A stretch of DNA of 64,000 nt from Ostrea edulis (lineage: Eukaryota), in the NCBI RefSeq assembly GCF_947568905.1, contig NC_079172.1, forward strand, positions 21,514,001-21,578,000, read 5' to 3'. Position 1 is the stretch's first letter; each line of letters opens with the position of its first letter. The position numbers and the translations under genes are program-made. This document shows positions 50,646 through 63,800 of the stretch, piece by piece. The notes below the pieces were generated by a model. That model was not told the origin of the DNA. It did not search any database and worked only from the letters and a program-made list of their open reading frames with translations.

Positions 50646-51067
50646 TTCATTAAAACCGTGAACAGTAAACGTCTCTAGGAGACAGAATTCCTAGTGACTT
50701 TCTTTTTTTAATCCAAAACTTATTTTATTAAATATGGCGCTAAATGGTGTGCACAGAAAACAGTGACGTATAAAAATTAAACTCTTAAAAGATGTAGATT
50801 TGTGATTCATTAAGTCGTTCGTGTATCGGTAATATATAACAATGAGAAGAAATTGTATTCTGATCCTGTAATATCAGATTCAGTAATGACTTTAAAAGAT
50901 TGCAAACTTAAGCTGCCACAATCACTTTTGCCTATGCAAAAGACTGAATAATAATCCTCACCATACCAAGCGCCTCTGCAACAAAGACTAAACGTAAACA
51001 AAGCGTTTTGAGATTGCCGGCATTTTTAGAAGAAAATTAAGGGGTCTACAATCCAAAGAATATCAAA
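50646..51067. promoter_or_regulatory. Putative bidirectional promoter shared by NF-YA and SNRPG
   Basis: A minus-strand donor (gaa|gtaagt) at 50646 and the SNRPG ATG at 51068 lie about 420 bp apart. YY1-like aatatggcg at 50731 and a gtgacgta CRE-like motif at about 50764. Confidence 0.6.
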
Positions 51068-54000
51068 ATGAGTAAAGCCCATCCACCAGAGTTAAAGAAG
51101 TAATTTTCTTTTACACACTTGTAACTGTATGGTGCAGGATCTATGTCATGTATCAACTTGAGATATATTGATGAAAGCTGTACTAAGTTTTGCATTTTTT
51201 TATGCAGATCATCTATTGTATTTAAATATTTGGAAAGATTGCATGATGTTTATAAACGATGTATTTGAATTAATTGAAAAGTCAAATGCATTTCGTGTAG
51301 TCTGTTTGAAATAAGGTAAGTGTAAAGCAGTCGTGACCATTAATTCTGTGTAACAGGAACCTGAAGAAGGTAGAAAATCATAAATGCAACGGATCAGACC
51401 GGGATGCGAACCCGGCCCCCAGAATTTCCACTCAAGTGCTCTACCAAGTGAGCTCTCTGGTCATGGCGATCGTGCTTGGCTGACCGCTCCTTAAACAGGT
51501 TGGGAACCCCTATACGCGATTATCCTTCTTTAGCGAGAAAGTAAACATTACCATGAACAGGTGTTTTGATTGAAAAATAATGGCAAATTCCGTGCAATGC
51601 TGAGTAAGTGTGACACACTCAACATTACGTGAATTGTCTCTATAAAATTGATAACACTGTCTAAATATATTTCATATTGATGATGTTGCTGCGCAAGAGG
51701 GAAGGGGGCTGAACTTTTGTTCTGATTTATATTGCAGAACTATTAGACATTCTAGCACTTTTTCTTCTGTTCATGTGAAACACAAAGAGATGTACTCCAC
51801 GGGTGTTTTTCTCTGTTGTACGGGATATATTAACTCTTGTTAAAGACGGAAAATGACGTTTTCGCGAAAATATCTCTCTGTAGGGAAAGTGTTCCCAACC
51901 TGTTAAATATCATCATACTTAAAGACATCAACCCTGGATCTTTATCCCCAGGCAGGCATTTTTAAGTTGTAAACTTTATACAGAATGTGATTGCATCTTG
52001 TATATATCAGGTATGCCTCGGATGATAATGATTTTAAACAGCTCAGTAATTTTTTAAGGTCCATTTTAGGTCCGAATTTTGGCCCTTTCCCCTCCTAAAA
52101 ATTGTCAATTTTTTCCCAATTTAGATTGCATTTTTCCCCAATGATAAAATTATGAAAGGAAAATGTATTTTTTAAAAAATAAACATTCGATGTGAATTTT
52201 TTCACATATACATAAGACTTTACAGAGTTATGGGAATGATGATTGGGAGAGAATAATTGAAAATTTTAGAAGGTTAAAGAGAATTAGATGTGTAAAATTA
52301 ATAAAGATAATATAATGTTTGATATGATTTTAAAACTTATTTGTAACGATAAAATTTATTTTTCCCAATTTGACTGAAATGTCGACAATTTTTCCCAATT
52401 CTAAAGCTATAGGACCCTAATGAAAAATGTAGAAAAATCACAGCAGTTCCAAAGTGTTGGCCTGCTTTATTTTAATCAAATGGTGTGCAAAATTAAATCA
52501 TCATGTAGAGTTTGTCGAAAAGCCATAATGCGATTTGCTTCTTTTTTTTTTTTACCAAAAGTGATCCTCCTTGTTGAAAAATTAGAGAATAATAACAGAT
52601 ATTTGTCTTTGGTAATCTATAAAATTCTGTCAATGGATCTTTTCTAATGACACTTTTGCTTAATTTTCAGGTATATGGAGAAGAAAATCAATTGTAAGTA
52701 CAGTTATGTTGTGTGTCACTGGTTAAGCCAAGTAAAATTGATTTTATGATTTACAGTGTCAGTGATTTTTTAAGGCCCATTTTGGGTTCGAATTTCGGCC
52801 CTTTCCCCTCCTAAAAATTGCCAAGTTTTTTCTCAATTTAGCTTGCATTTTTCCCAATAATAAAATTATGAAAGGAAAACGTATTTGAAAAAAATAAACA
52901 CTCGATGTGAATTATATATGTAAGACTTGACAAAGAGTTATGGGAATGATGATTTGGATAGAATAGTTGAAAATTTTAGACAGTTAAAGAGAATTAGAAG
53001 TGTAAAATAAAGATAATATAATGTTTGATATGATTTTAAAACATATTTATGATAAAATTGATTTTTCCCAATTTGACTAAAATGTCAACAATTTTTCCCA
53101 ATTCGAAAGCCATAGGACCCTTGTAAAAAAATGTAGAAAAATCACTGTTCAAAATTGACCATAGGCAGGGTCTATGTGAAATTGCACTGGTCTATGCCAA
53201 ATTGTAAGTGAGATAGACCAAATTGTCTATGCTGATTTTCTAGGTTTTAAAAATTTAAAAAAAAAAAAAATCATAATTATAAATAAATTAGGGCTATGCG
53301 GTGCACCGAAAATTCGGTGCACAGCGATTCATATCATTCAATTCGATGCACCGATTACAAATTACCAAAAACAACAAATATGGCGTCCGTGTGACGTGCA
53401 TAACGTGAATTTTTATGCAACAGAGATTTAAATTACTGCTGAGTTGAGATTTAGCATTTTCACTTCTCAGATAGCAACAGAATTTGGTCGGTAAGATCAT
53501 TGCAGTTTATCTTTACATGACATTTCAGTGCTCCAAGTTACATTTGCTATCAGGTCACGAAATGGCGACCTAGAGATATTTCTGGTCGCTATTTAAAAAT
53601 TTCTAGTCGCCAGTTACAAAATTCCTGCCATGATAAAAGGTGTGTTTTTAATTTGATATCTTTCAATTATAAAAAAGCAAACCCTGTACATGTGTACTCT
53701 AAACCTCGTTTTTCCGCCATCTTGAGTTGTTTCAAACGTTTTGACTGAGACTGAAAAATATTTATTCAAACCTCCAATCCCAATTATAAAATTTCACTGG
53801 ATAGGGTTCGATATTCATGCTCGTCATTTCCACCCCAAAATGATTTTTGAGGACACGCTTGCTAACTTTGTTCGTCCAAATGGCGACCTGGTGACTAGTG
53901 CTGGGTATTGCGACTCGAAAATCGTATAGCGATATATTGCAATATTAAATTTTGTATTGCAATATATCACAATTTTATAACAATCTTTATGAAATAAAAC

Positions 54001-57000
54001 AAAAACAGTTATCTTCGGATATTTCTTTCATTCTACTTAAAACACTATAAATTTAAACTTTGACAAAACATTGACAAATGAATAGATGAATCAGAAAATG
54101 GTTCAGATTACTAGCTTTTTAGGCTATTTGTTCAGTTATTGCTGAAGCTCTTGCTAGGATATTTCAATTCAAATCCAGTGTTCGAAATTGGTTTTAAACT
54201 TGGTATAGACCACAGGTCTATGCCAAAACAAGATGACTTAGACCTCATCAAATTGGCATAGACTGCAACATTGAAGAAAAATACCACAAATTTAAAACAT
54301 TGTTATTTACTTCTAATGTACTTAAAAAGCATTTGCTTTCCATTTCCATAACAATGTCCTCCTTTCCTCATAACGTTTATCAGACGTCGACTTTTGGGAT
54401 AACTCTATTGCTTTATACCTAGAAAATTGGCATGGACAATTTGGTCTATCTCAATTACAATTGACATAGACTCGGTCTATGGTTAATTTCGAACACTGCA
54501 AATCCACCACTCATCCTTGCGGAAAGCGTAACATGACCCGGGGGGAGGGGAGTAGAAGTCGAAACAACCTGACACGATCCGGTTTTCTGTTCACTTTGGC
54601 TCGAATTGGTGTTAACATTGCAGTGGTGCCTCCGCATGTGATTGGATAGGTTTGTAGTGTCACTGATTTTGTTACAGTAATCACATACAGGTTCATGTTT
54701 GCCCAACTCTCTAGTACATGTATATTGTATTCCTTATAGGAGTCCCGAGTTGATCACTATTCGTTTTCTTGACCTTTGCATACAGGCATATCTGTTATAT
54801 GTATTTCGTTTTCCTTCTTTAGTTTGAAGTGATATATACTATATGAGCCTTTCCTTTTTCATTCAGATATTTACGATCAGTTTAATTCGCCGCCATTTTT
54901 AAACTTTAATACGGGACAGGTAACCTATGTAAGGAATTTACAGAATATTGTAATGAACCCGAACCTGTATTTATAAAAACATATTGCGATACGTATTGCT
55001 ATCAACGGAATCATGATTCACCGGTTATCCAGTAATATCGCACAGCACTACTGGTAATGAGTTTGGATTTTGACTAAATTTGTATACATTTAGAAAACGA
55101 ATACAACTCAAAATAATGTGAAAAGAAATAAATCCACTCGGTAAAACTTTGTTAGTTTTTTGTTCTGGTGCGATAATGGAAGTGGTCTTTTAGAATTTTG
55201 AAAATACCCGATTTGCATGTTATTATGCAAGAGCAATAATTGCCTTTTGTCGTAAATTCTGCTGCACTATATTAATGGTTTGTTCTGACCCATAACATAT
55301 TCATTTTCTAAATGTCCAGTGGAAATATATACACATCCATACTCGTCACCAGGTTGCCATTTGCGCAAACCAGGTTAACAGAAATCATTTCAGGGTGGGA
55401 ATGACGAGGTGACGCGCGTGAAAGTCGATCCCTGTTCCTTTCATAACTTCTCATTTCTGAATACATTGAATGGGTGTAAATTGTAGATTTTGCAGCATGA
55501 GCAAAACATACTGTATTCATCCTGTTTACCGGCCCATCCCTTATAAGCCTTTGTCCTACTCAAATCTGTGGAAACTAACATGTATTACTGCATTTACTGA
55601 TAATATTGCCAAAATCTAATATATGAGTATTAGGGTTTGTTATGTTAAACATTGTTAAAGATAATTTACTTGCTCATCTAGCGAATAAGTGTATTACATG
55701 TATGTAGTGCTCATAAAGACGTTATTCCTATAATAACCGTCAAATATACCAGCTTGATTAACTTCCATTGTTTTAAGATTGTGGATCATTAGAAACCCCT
55801 TCACTGACTGCTAAACAATAGATGTGTGTGTTGTAGTGAAGCTGAATGGAGGCAGACAGATCACAGGAGTACTACGTGGATATGATCCCTTTATGAACTT
55901 GGTGGTGGACGAATGTCTGGAAGAAACTAAACTGGGAGAGAGGAACCAAATAGGCATGGTGGTAGGTGTAGTGCTCTATCTGTCAAACAATTTCTACCAA
56001 TAGGATGATGGTGGTCACAAAGTCTTAGTACCTGCTCAGCTGAACAGTTGGTTTAGATATATAAAGTGGATCAAAGAAATGCCTTTTTTCCACATTTAAT
56101 AAGAGATGATCAAAAAGAGATTTGATTAATCTTTAGAACAGTTGTTTAGTAATGCTGGACCAGGTGTTAAAACTAGATAAGGACATCATTGAGACATATC
56201 CCACAATTTACATCAGTCTATTGTAATATCAATTAATATAATAAGGTGATGAAATATTTAATTTATTGAAACTTTTCAATTTTATAAAAAATGACTATCC
56301 AAAATTTGTAAGGTAGACCCTGACTATAATTGATGTAAACTCTTTTAAGCCTGTAGGTCTTGCAAATCAAACAAATTCACCATCTTTTCTCCCAACCCCC
56401 ACCCACACACTCACAATACATCTATCTATAAATCCACAATTCTTGTAAATTGTTTTTCATTTGATCAATTCAGCTTTAACAATATATGTGTGAAATATAT
56501 TTTGTGCCTGTTGAGTTTGATGTTTGCTAATCCCTCACAAATTTTACTACCTTTGGACCACGGTCCTGTGGGTTTTAGTGAAAACTACTGTGAGAGATCC
56601 AAAGACAAAGCACTTAGTAGAGTTTTGTCCCTTAGGCAAATCTAGGGTTTTCTTCACAGGAGAGCTGCTCAGTTTAAATTAAGATACCATGAAACAACTT
56701 CTGACTGCAAATTGTCGATATTTGCATTTGCAAAACAATGGAAACAGAGTAAAATTTTTGATAATGGACTGATTATACAGAAGTTACCAATATTTTCATG
56801 TGATGTTGAAAGCCACTGACAAAAAAAAAATTATTGGCAGTCAGAAACATTGGTAATTGTGAATTTAGAAAATGTGCATCCTTTTAGCTGGTTGTTTTTT
56901 GTTCGTTTGTTTGGTGGTTTTTTTTTTTTATAATGCATATCATTTTATATTGCAACATTCTCTCTTTAAGGTTGTCAGGGGCAACAGTATCATCCTACTG

Positions 57001-57024
57001 GAAGCTTTGGACCGGATTGGATAG
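51068..57024 (+). CDS. SNRPG: Small nuclear ribonucleoprotein G (Sm-G); exons 51068-51099, 52671-52693, 55837-55961, 56971-57024; 77 aa
   Basis: [77 protein letters not shown]; Sm1 and Sm2 motifs; GT-AG introns in frame; ATTAAA at 57242. Confidence 0.96.
51385..51465 (-). mobile_element. tRNA-related SINE head
   Basis: agctcacttggtagagcac (A box) ... gggttcgcatccc (B box); no complete cloverleaf. Confidence 0.6.
51495..51903. mobile_element. About 410-bp TIR element, possible TTAA target
   Basis: ttaa-acaggttgggaac ... gttcccaacctg-ttaa. Confidence 0.6.
52044..53147 (+). mobile_element. Two direct copies of an about 390-400-bp MITE (52044-52443, 52760-53147) flanking SNRPG exon 2
   Basis: cagt(a/g)attttt ... 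aaaaatcac(a/t)g ends; internal sequences highly similar. Confidence 0.8.
53896..55050. mobile_element. hAT-type non-autonomous element with nested fragments (includes a Naiad terminus at about 54660-54780)
   Basis: tagtgctggg..attgcga / atcgcacagcacta termini; decayed 8-bp TSD ctggtgac vs ctggtaat. Confidence 0.65.
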
Positions 57025-58364
57025 GAATTCCAGTTGAGTAGATTTGGGCAGCAGTGATTGATGACCGTTGTTTTTATTGACTGGATGAGAGTGGACCAGA
57101 GTGTGATGTTGTGTTCATAGTGCCCTGGGAGCGTGGGACACAGTTATATGTAGCTGGATGAGCGTCATTATAAACTTAAATCATGAAACTCATTGTACTT
57201 CATAATTCACTGTCATTTATGATGTTTATTTCGTCTTTTTTATTAAAGAATCTATAAAGTGCTCAGGTACTCAGTGATATTGATATGAAATTTTTGTTAG
57301 TGATGTCAATTTATGGCACACTTTGATACACAATTTTAGTGTAGGAACACGACCAACTTGATTATTGATATGAAGGATTTGCTTTAAAGTTGTTTTTAGG
57401 CTTTAAATGGAAAAACTTTAAAGCTGTGTTGTCTGGTGTTTTGATTTTTTTTTTTTAAAATTGTTTATTTCAGTTACTTGCCTGCATCAATTATTTGCAA
57501 TGTGCCCGAGCTTCAAACATTAAAAATACAGTAGAGTTACATATGTATCTCCCTCAACCTGGAACTCTTCATAACTTTAGTTTGTGTTTGGACACCATCA
57601 TTTTTTTGGTGGTTTTTTTTTTCTCATGGTCTTGAGAAATGTTTTTGTTTACTTATGATCATGCATTATGGAAACATACAAAAACTGGCCCAAGTATATT
57701 ATACGGTAAAGTAGTTCCAAGCATTGCGCACTAATTTTTATATATGATTTATACAATTTTTTATGTATATATACATCGTGTGTGTACAGAGGAATTTACC
57801 AGCAATATATGCAGGGCTGTGACGTGTAGTAGCATATAACAAGATGGTGGACAAGGCTTTGGCCAAAGCTACAAAGTCCTATTGATCCCCCTAGTCGTTA
57901 TCCGAGACGAGAGAGGATAAGTGCGGGAACAAATGAAAGTAATGCTCCCATTTTGATGTCACAATAGTGGTAGGACACGTTGAATAACGACCCAACAAGA
58001 CCAGTCTGTGCCTCGGAGTGGACATAATCCTATCGACCTTTATATCTATAAATCCTGCACAGATACGGTCTCTGAGCGGTCAGACGCGGGTACCTTTTAT
58101 TCCCGCTGTACCTCCCGAGTGGACAGGGAAGTTTTATGAGTTGGCCTGAACAAGCATTTAATGCATTCACTGACAAATAGAATGGCCCAACAAAGTAACC
58201 TAGACAATGTTGCTCCCTCGGGTCATAGAGACCCCAGGTCAGTCTGTTAAATTAAATACAGATATAGATCGACAGTTTAGTAACGGTCCGACGATTTAAC
58301 TTGAAAGAGAAACGAGGCCAGTTGGTCCTGATGTTCTAGACTTGGAAGATGACAGGGTTGATGA

Positions 58365-58906
58365 TAGTGGTGTTCCAATCATCGATTATAATCGAAAATC
58401 AGTCGATTGTTGGCAAATTCTATAAGCGCTCGATTATGAAAATTTTATTCCAATTAATCGGGTTTTAGATTTTGTTTTCTCAAGGACTGTAGGAATTGAA
58501 GAATATTCCTGCCGTGACCTATCCATTAACCTAAAAGTTTTGTTTATTGTCATGACGGCGCACATGAAAGCGCAAGTATTCATACCCGGGAAAATTGTAT
58601 TGACTTTTGTAAATGTAATTAAAGGATATTAAGATAATATATGAATAACAAATACAAACAAAATATTTATTTACACAATCTCAGCAATAGAAACAACAAA
58701 TATAAACGTAGAAAATATTGATTTACACTTTTTCAGTAGTTAAATGACTTGTTTTATAGAATTTCTCTTTGTCCGATTATAATCGATAATTAGTTAGGTA
58801 CGGTAAACCAATCATCGATTATGAAATTCTCACCGATTCCCATCACTAGCAGCTGCAGAACTGTAGCTCTCTGAAAAAATATTTTGACATAACAGCTACA
58901 TCACTA
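58365..58906. mobile_element. hAT MITE inserted in the DIRS element, 8-bp TSD gttgatga
   Basis: gttgatga|tagtggtg ... catcacta|gttgatga. Confidence 0.8.
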
Positions 58907-59250
58907 GTTGATGATAATTGGTGATTAGATGATTCTAGGTCACACAGTAATGAGAAATGTGACGGAGTCTGTCTTAAAGATTTGCTTCTAATAACACGGG
59001 GAGTTTGGAAGGGCTTTATAGCTAAGCTAGCATCGGTATTAAACGTTTCCTTAGAGGCTGATAAACCAGAGCAAGAATATACTTGTGTGTCAGAGCTTTA
59101 CGCTGTAATAGAGAACCTTCAATGATTAGGCCTCCGTTGGAGGGATCGGCTATACAAGCCTTCATGAACGTGGATAAGGAATGGCAAGGTCCGTGTTTTT
59201 AAAGACAAAGATATGTTGTGTCAGCAGATCATTTTCCAAAGTTTTGTAAA

Positions 59251-59361
59251 GTACCAAGTATATGTTGGTAAACTTTTCTCGAGTACCAAGAGATTTGGTG
59301 CCGAGCGAAGCGAGGGACCAAATCGAGTGTTGAGAGAAAAGTTCAACAACATACTTAGTAC
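59251..59361. repeat. Imperfect palindrome centred on GCGAAGC
   Basis: gtaccaagtatatgttg..aacttttctc..gatttggt / accaaatc..gagaaaagtt..caacatacttagtac. Confidence 0.8.
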
Positions 59362-60949
59362 ATGTTTCAAACGAGAAATGAAAACAATTGGTTATGATCT
59401 TGTTTCTTGGGGAGTATTTCGAGGTACTTCACACCAGTGCAGAGCATGAAAGAGATGCGAAAGAAACAAAACATCCCGGAGTTGAGGGTATTTGAAAAGG
59501 AAGTTTGAGGATACGTCTCATGGTGATGCAAAACAACGTCAAGCAAGTATGTCCAAAGTTCCTAAGAGGACAGTCAATAATAAATTTACATATAACAGGA
59601 ACTTCAAACTGAAAAGTGCGTATCAGGAGAAAAGTGTAGCCTCTTCTAAGAGTTCTAATGATGATTAATTGGGGTTTTAAGCCCCAAAATAGTAACTGTG
59701 GGAACCTAGGGGGCACAGCAGGCAGTTTTCCAAGGCATCAGTGTCTCCCCAGGTAGGGACGAGATTAGTAAATTTTGTGACCAGTTGGAGAAGAATAACG
59801 ACAAATGGGCTTCAAGTATAACCCAGGAAGGATTCCGTCTTCAGTTCAAAAGTTTGCCGGCAGATAGCGGAACAATAGAAGCAGCCACACGGTGTGACCT
59901 TATGGACGGATGCTTCATCACAAGGATGGGGAACCCATCTGAACGATTATCAAATTTCAGGCACCAGTAGTCCCCAGCAGAGGAATTGCTACACAAAACT
60001 GGTTAGAAATGAGGGCAGTTCAGTGAACTCCGATTCATTTCGAAAATATATTGATAAAGAGCAGAAATTTGTTGAGGTGCGGCAATTCCACTGTGGTGTC
60101 ATATAAAGTCCTTCCAGCTGTGCTCTCTAGTTTGGGAGATACTTCAGTGGAATAATTTGAGAGATATACTGATTCAAGCTGCTCACATTTCAGGAAATTA
60201 GTAAACGACCAGCCTCGAGGTCGTATGGGGGTTCGGATAACAGAATGGAGCTTGAAGCAAGAGATTATCAATCAGATTTTTTAGGAGTTCTCCACTCAGA
60301 ATATCGACCTGTTTGCAACGAGAGAGAACGAGAAGTTGTCAATGTTTTGATCTCCCTTTCCAGTTAGCTTGGGCATTGGATGCACTCCGTGTACCATGGG
60401 AAAGGATGTTTGCTGATGCATTTTCCCCTCCAGTATTGATCCCTCTAGTGGTTTGGAAGGAACTATGCGTGTTGGTGTTGATTGCACCTCACTCTCCAAG
60501 ACATTCATGATATTAAATTCTACAAGAACTTCTAGTGGAAACTCCAATTAAAAGAAAACTGCCTCTTACATAAGACATGTTAACACAAAAGAGGTCAGAT
60601 ATGTTATGCCACACCCGAGTCTCTAAATCTTTTATCATGGATAATTTCAAGTCTGCCTCCTTTAAAAGAAAGTTTTCTTCGAAAGCTTAAAAGTTCACCA
60701 AGAAGGCAATGCGAGCCTCAACACAGAAGCTGTATCAGGAAAGATTTACAATATATAGAAGTTAGAAGCTGTATCAGGAAAGACTTACAATATATAGAAG
60801 TTAGAAGCTGTATCAGGAAAGACTTACAATATATACATGTAGAAGTTAGAATCTTGTGATGATGATTTTACTATTGAAAATTATATTTGTTACAGGTGAA
60901 TTGACCATAGAGGTACTACATGTACATTGTATATACTTTTCTTAATTTG

Positions 60950-62190
60950 AAATCAGCACGTATGACTTTTTAACACTTTACACGACCATTTCTCACGAAA
61001 AATGAAAAGAATCTTGGCTTTCTGAGATCATAGACAACTGGTTTTTTTTTTTTAAATGTAAATGGAACACGGGAAATAATTATACATTTACCTTATAACG
61101 ATTAGTTTTTCAAAAAAAAATGTTTAAAAGCTATTTAGATTCTACGCACAAGTACTCCAAAGTTGATGTTTAAAAAGATGGTGGAATTCCTAATTGACAA
61201 TATCTGCGTGGTCTTTGGTGATCAGGTATTCCAACAGTCTGCTGGAATTCCCATGGACACGAATTGTCTTCCCTCATAAATTTGACCTGTATTTATGTTA
61301 TTATGAGACAATTTTTTTCAAAAGCTTCTATATGAGAAGAAATGTCTTGCTATGGTCTTCAACTCTACATTTAGGCGCTAGTATATCGCCGTTTTCTCTA
61401 TCAATGATATTCATCGGGTGTGGCCGGTCGACGGGGGATGATTGCTCCCCTTAAGCACGTGATTCTATCTCTGGTATATCCAGGGTTTCCGTGTTTTCCC
61501 AACACTCTATTTTGTACTCCTTATAGGAGTTATTCAGTTATCACTGTTCGTTACCTTCACCTTTCATTCATCTTTACTCATATGCCAATTCAGTATATTC
61601 CATTGAACTCGAAAAAAAAGACACCACAAATTCTTCCACATGTACTTCATTTTGGATATCATATTGAAAATAAATGTTATCCGCAAACTAAGAACTCAAC
61701 TATGAGAAACGGGATGATTTCAGCTTCTCCGTTGTCAACTTCCCATATTTATTTAGCTATATTCCATTATCACCTGCATATTGTATTTATGTCTCTCAAC
61801 TGATTCCAAACGCGGTAGTATATTCTGCGTATGATCAGGTTTTAAATCGAGGCAAGTTACTGACAATTAGAATGATGTTAGAATGATTTCGACAGTTTTT
61901 GTTTGAAGTCAGCATTTCGCAAATTCTATGGTCTTTATAATGATCTCATTTGCCAATATAACCTGTCGTTGGGTCACATGATGTCTGACGTGTTTGACAC
62001 CAACACCGTTCTTTATGTTCTAATTTTCTCTACTCCGACCGGTCAAGAGGGAATACTTACTCCTCATAGTTACTTGATCCCACCTCTGGCATGGCCAAAA
62101 GTCCATGTTTGCCCTATACTCTTAATTTCGTATTTTCGACCATTTGGCTAAGAACAAAGCGTGATTTTGTATTCTTTATGGAGTATATGA
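60950..62190 (+). mobile_element. Decayed Naiad RT and 3' end, with an internal terminal-repeat copy at about 61410-61565
   Basis: YDF-TLYTTISH, EFLIDNI.VVFGDQVFQQSAGIPM and KSAFRKFYGLYNDLICQYNLSLG remnants. Confidence 0.8.
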
Positions 62191-62194
62191 AATT

Positions 62195-62689
62195 CAGGCT
62201 GTCCAGCGGCCCTAAAATTCCTAAAAATTCCTAATTTTTTTCAGTTTTGCTAAAATTCCTTTAAAAAAAATGTAAAATTCAAGGGGAAATCCTAAAAAAG
62301 CCCTTATTTTTCATGTCAATTCCTACTTTTTTATCAGTCTTGAAAAATCAAAATGCATTCATACAAAATGAGTGTTATTAACGTAGATTGCAGTTCTTAT
62401 TCAGATAATGCTGATGCAGTGAAAGGCAGTTGACCTGTGGATCCATGTGTCAAGCTTGTTTATTGGTTGTGACTTTGTGATAAAGAGTTGAGATTTATGT
62501 AACATCTTATTTGTGTGTCATGTGAGTTTCTTTATTGTCAAATTTGACAAGGTAAGTCCTTTTAAATAATTAAAACTGCCGCAATTTGGTTAAAAATTCC
62601 TAATTTTAGCCTTAATTTAGCCCTAATTTTTTAAAATTTTACCCCTAAAATTTGCCCTTATTTTTTGTCCAAGGGTGCTGGACAGCCTG
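62195..62689. mobile_element. 495-bp TIR element with a 6-bp TSD (gaaatt), inserted in a Naiad terminus
   Basis: gaaatt|caggctgtccagc ... gctggacagcctg|gaaatt. Confidence 0.8.
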
Positions 62690-62839
62690 GAAATTAATAA
62701 CTGTTCTCCTTATCCTTTTCATATTTATCAAGGTTCATGCATGACGTATTCACAACTGCATCGCATTCGTGATGAAATGGATATCATTATAATTGGTTAA
62801 AAAAACAAACAAAGGCGAAAACTTTAGAAATATATACAT

Positions 62840-62945
62840 ACTGATCCCACCTCTGGTGTGTCCAGGGGTCCGTGTTTGCCCAACTCTCTATTTTGTATTG
62901 CTTATAGGAGTTATGAAATGGATCACTTGTTCGTTATCTTCACCC
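62840..62945 (+). mobile_element. Solo Naiad terminal repeat
   Basis: ctgatcccacctctggtgtgtccaggggtccgtg...gttcgttatcttcacc. Confidence 0.85.
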
Positions 62946-63389
62946 AATAAAAAATATGCATTACTATAATTCAGAACAAACTCAAAGACTCTCTTTAGGA
63001 GGTATTTTATTTCTTATTAATGAAGACATGTGAAAATGAAAAATATAATAGTTGATCATATACAAAATATGAATACATTTTCCTGTAAAATATCCAAAAT
63101 ATAGCAGTCAGCAATGGCAACATGACCTGCATTTCACCACAACTCCTACGTGTAACCAGGTATTTTATTTGGAAACTTTAACACTTCTCTGACCATAATG
63201 GGACAAACCAATACTTGGTCATAAATTTTAACAGTTTACTGACCATTCTCTTTTTATTGGATATAAATATTAACTGTCCCCCCCCCCCTCCCGGCAGAAA
63301 ACCATCACACCTCGATAATGGAATCCTTTGCGTATACATTGTATGTGTGATGGAAAGTCTTTGATATCGTAATTCCATAATTATCGTAG

Positions 63390-63800
63390 TGTGGGATCGC
63401 ACTCAACTGCAGTATGGGATTACATTCAATGATTATCACATTATAGGATTACACTCAATAATTATCGCAGTGTCAGATCGTAATTGATAATTATCGCAGT
63501 GTCAGATCGTAATTGATAATTATCGCAGTGTCAGATCGTAATTGATAATTATCGCAGTGTGGGATTACACTGAATAATTATCGCAATGTGGGATTACACT
63601 CAATCATCACAGTATGGGATCGAATTCAATAATTATTTTGCAGTATAGGATCACACTCGATAATAATCGCGGTATGGGATCGCACTCAAGAATTATAGCA
63701 GTGTGGGATCATAACGGTACCCAATGATTATTGCAATATGGGATTACACTCAGGCATTGTGGTATGGGATCACACTTAATGATTATCGTAATATGGGATC
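63390..63800. repeat. Degenerate 29-bp minisatellite (gcagtatgggatcgcactcaataattatc-like)
   Basis: Direct inspection; near-perfect units at 63460-63560. Confidence 0.88.

Larger units (their letters stand above)
57800..60850 (+). mobile_element. Decayed, internally deleted DIRS1-like retrotransposon (gag, RT start, RNase H, MT-like domain, YR start)
   Basis: VTLWTDASSQGWGTHL (RNase H); frameshifted DNSTVVSYI; IDLFATRENEK..ALDALRVPW..AFSPP..LVLIAP (DIRS methyltransferase-like domain); MRASTQKLYQ (YR N-terminus). Confidence 0.8.

Noticed and set aside
51385-51465. Possible tRNA gene
   Set aside because: A and B boxes are present, but the acceptor and anticodon stems do not close; consistent with a SINE head.
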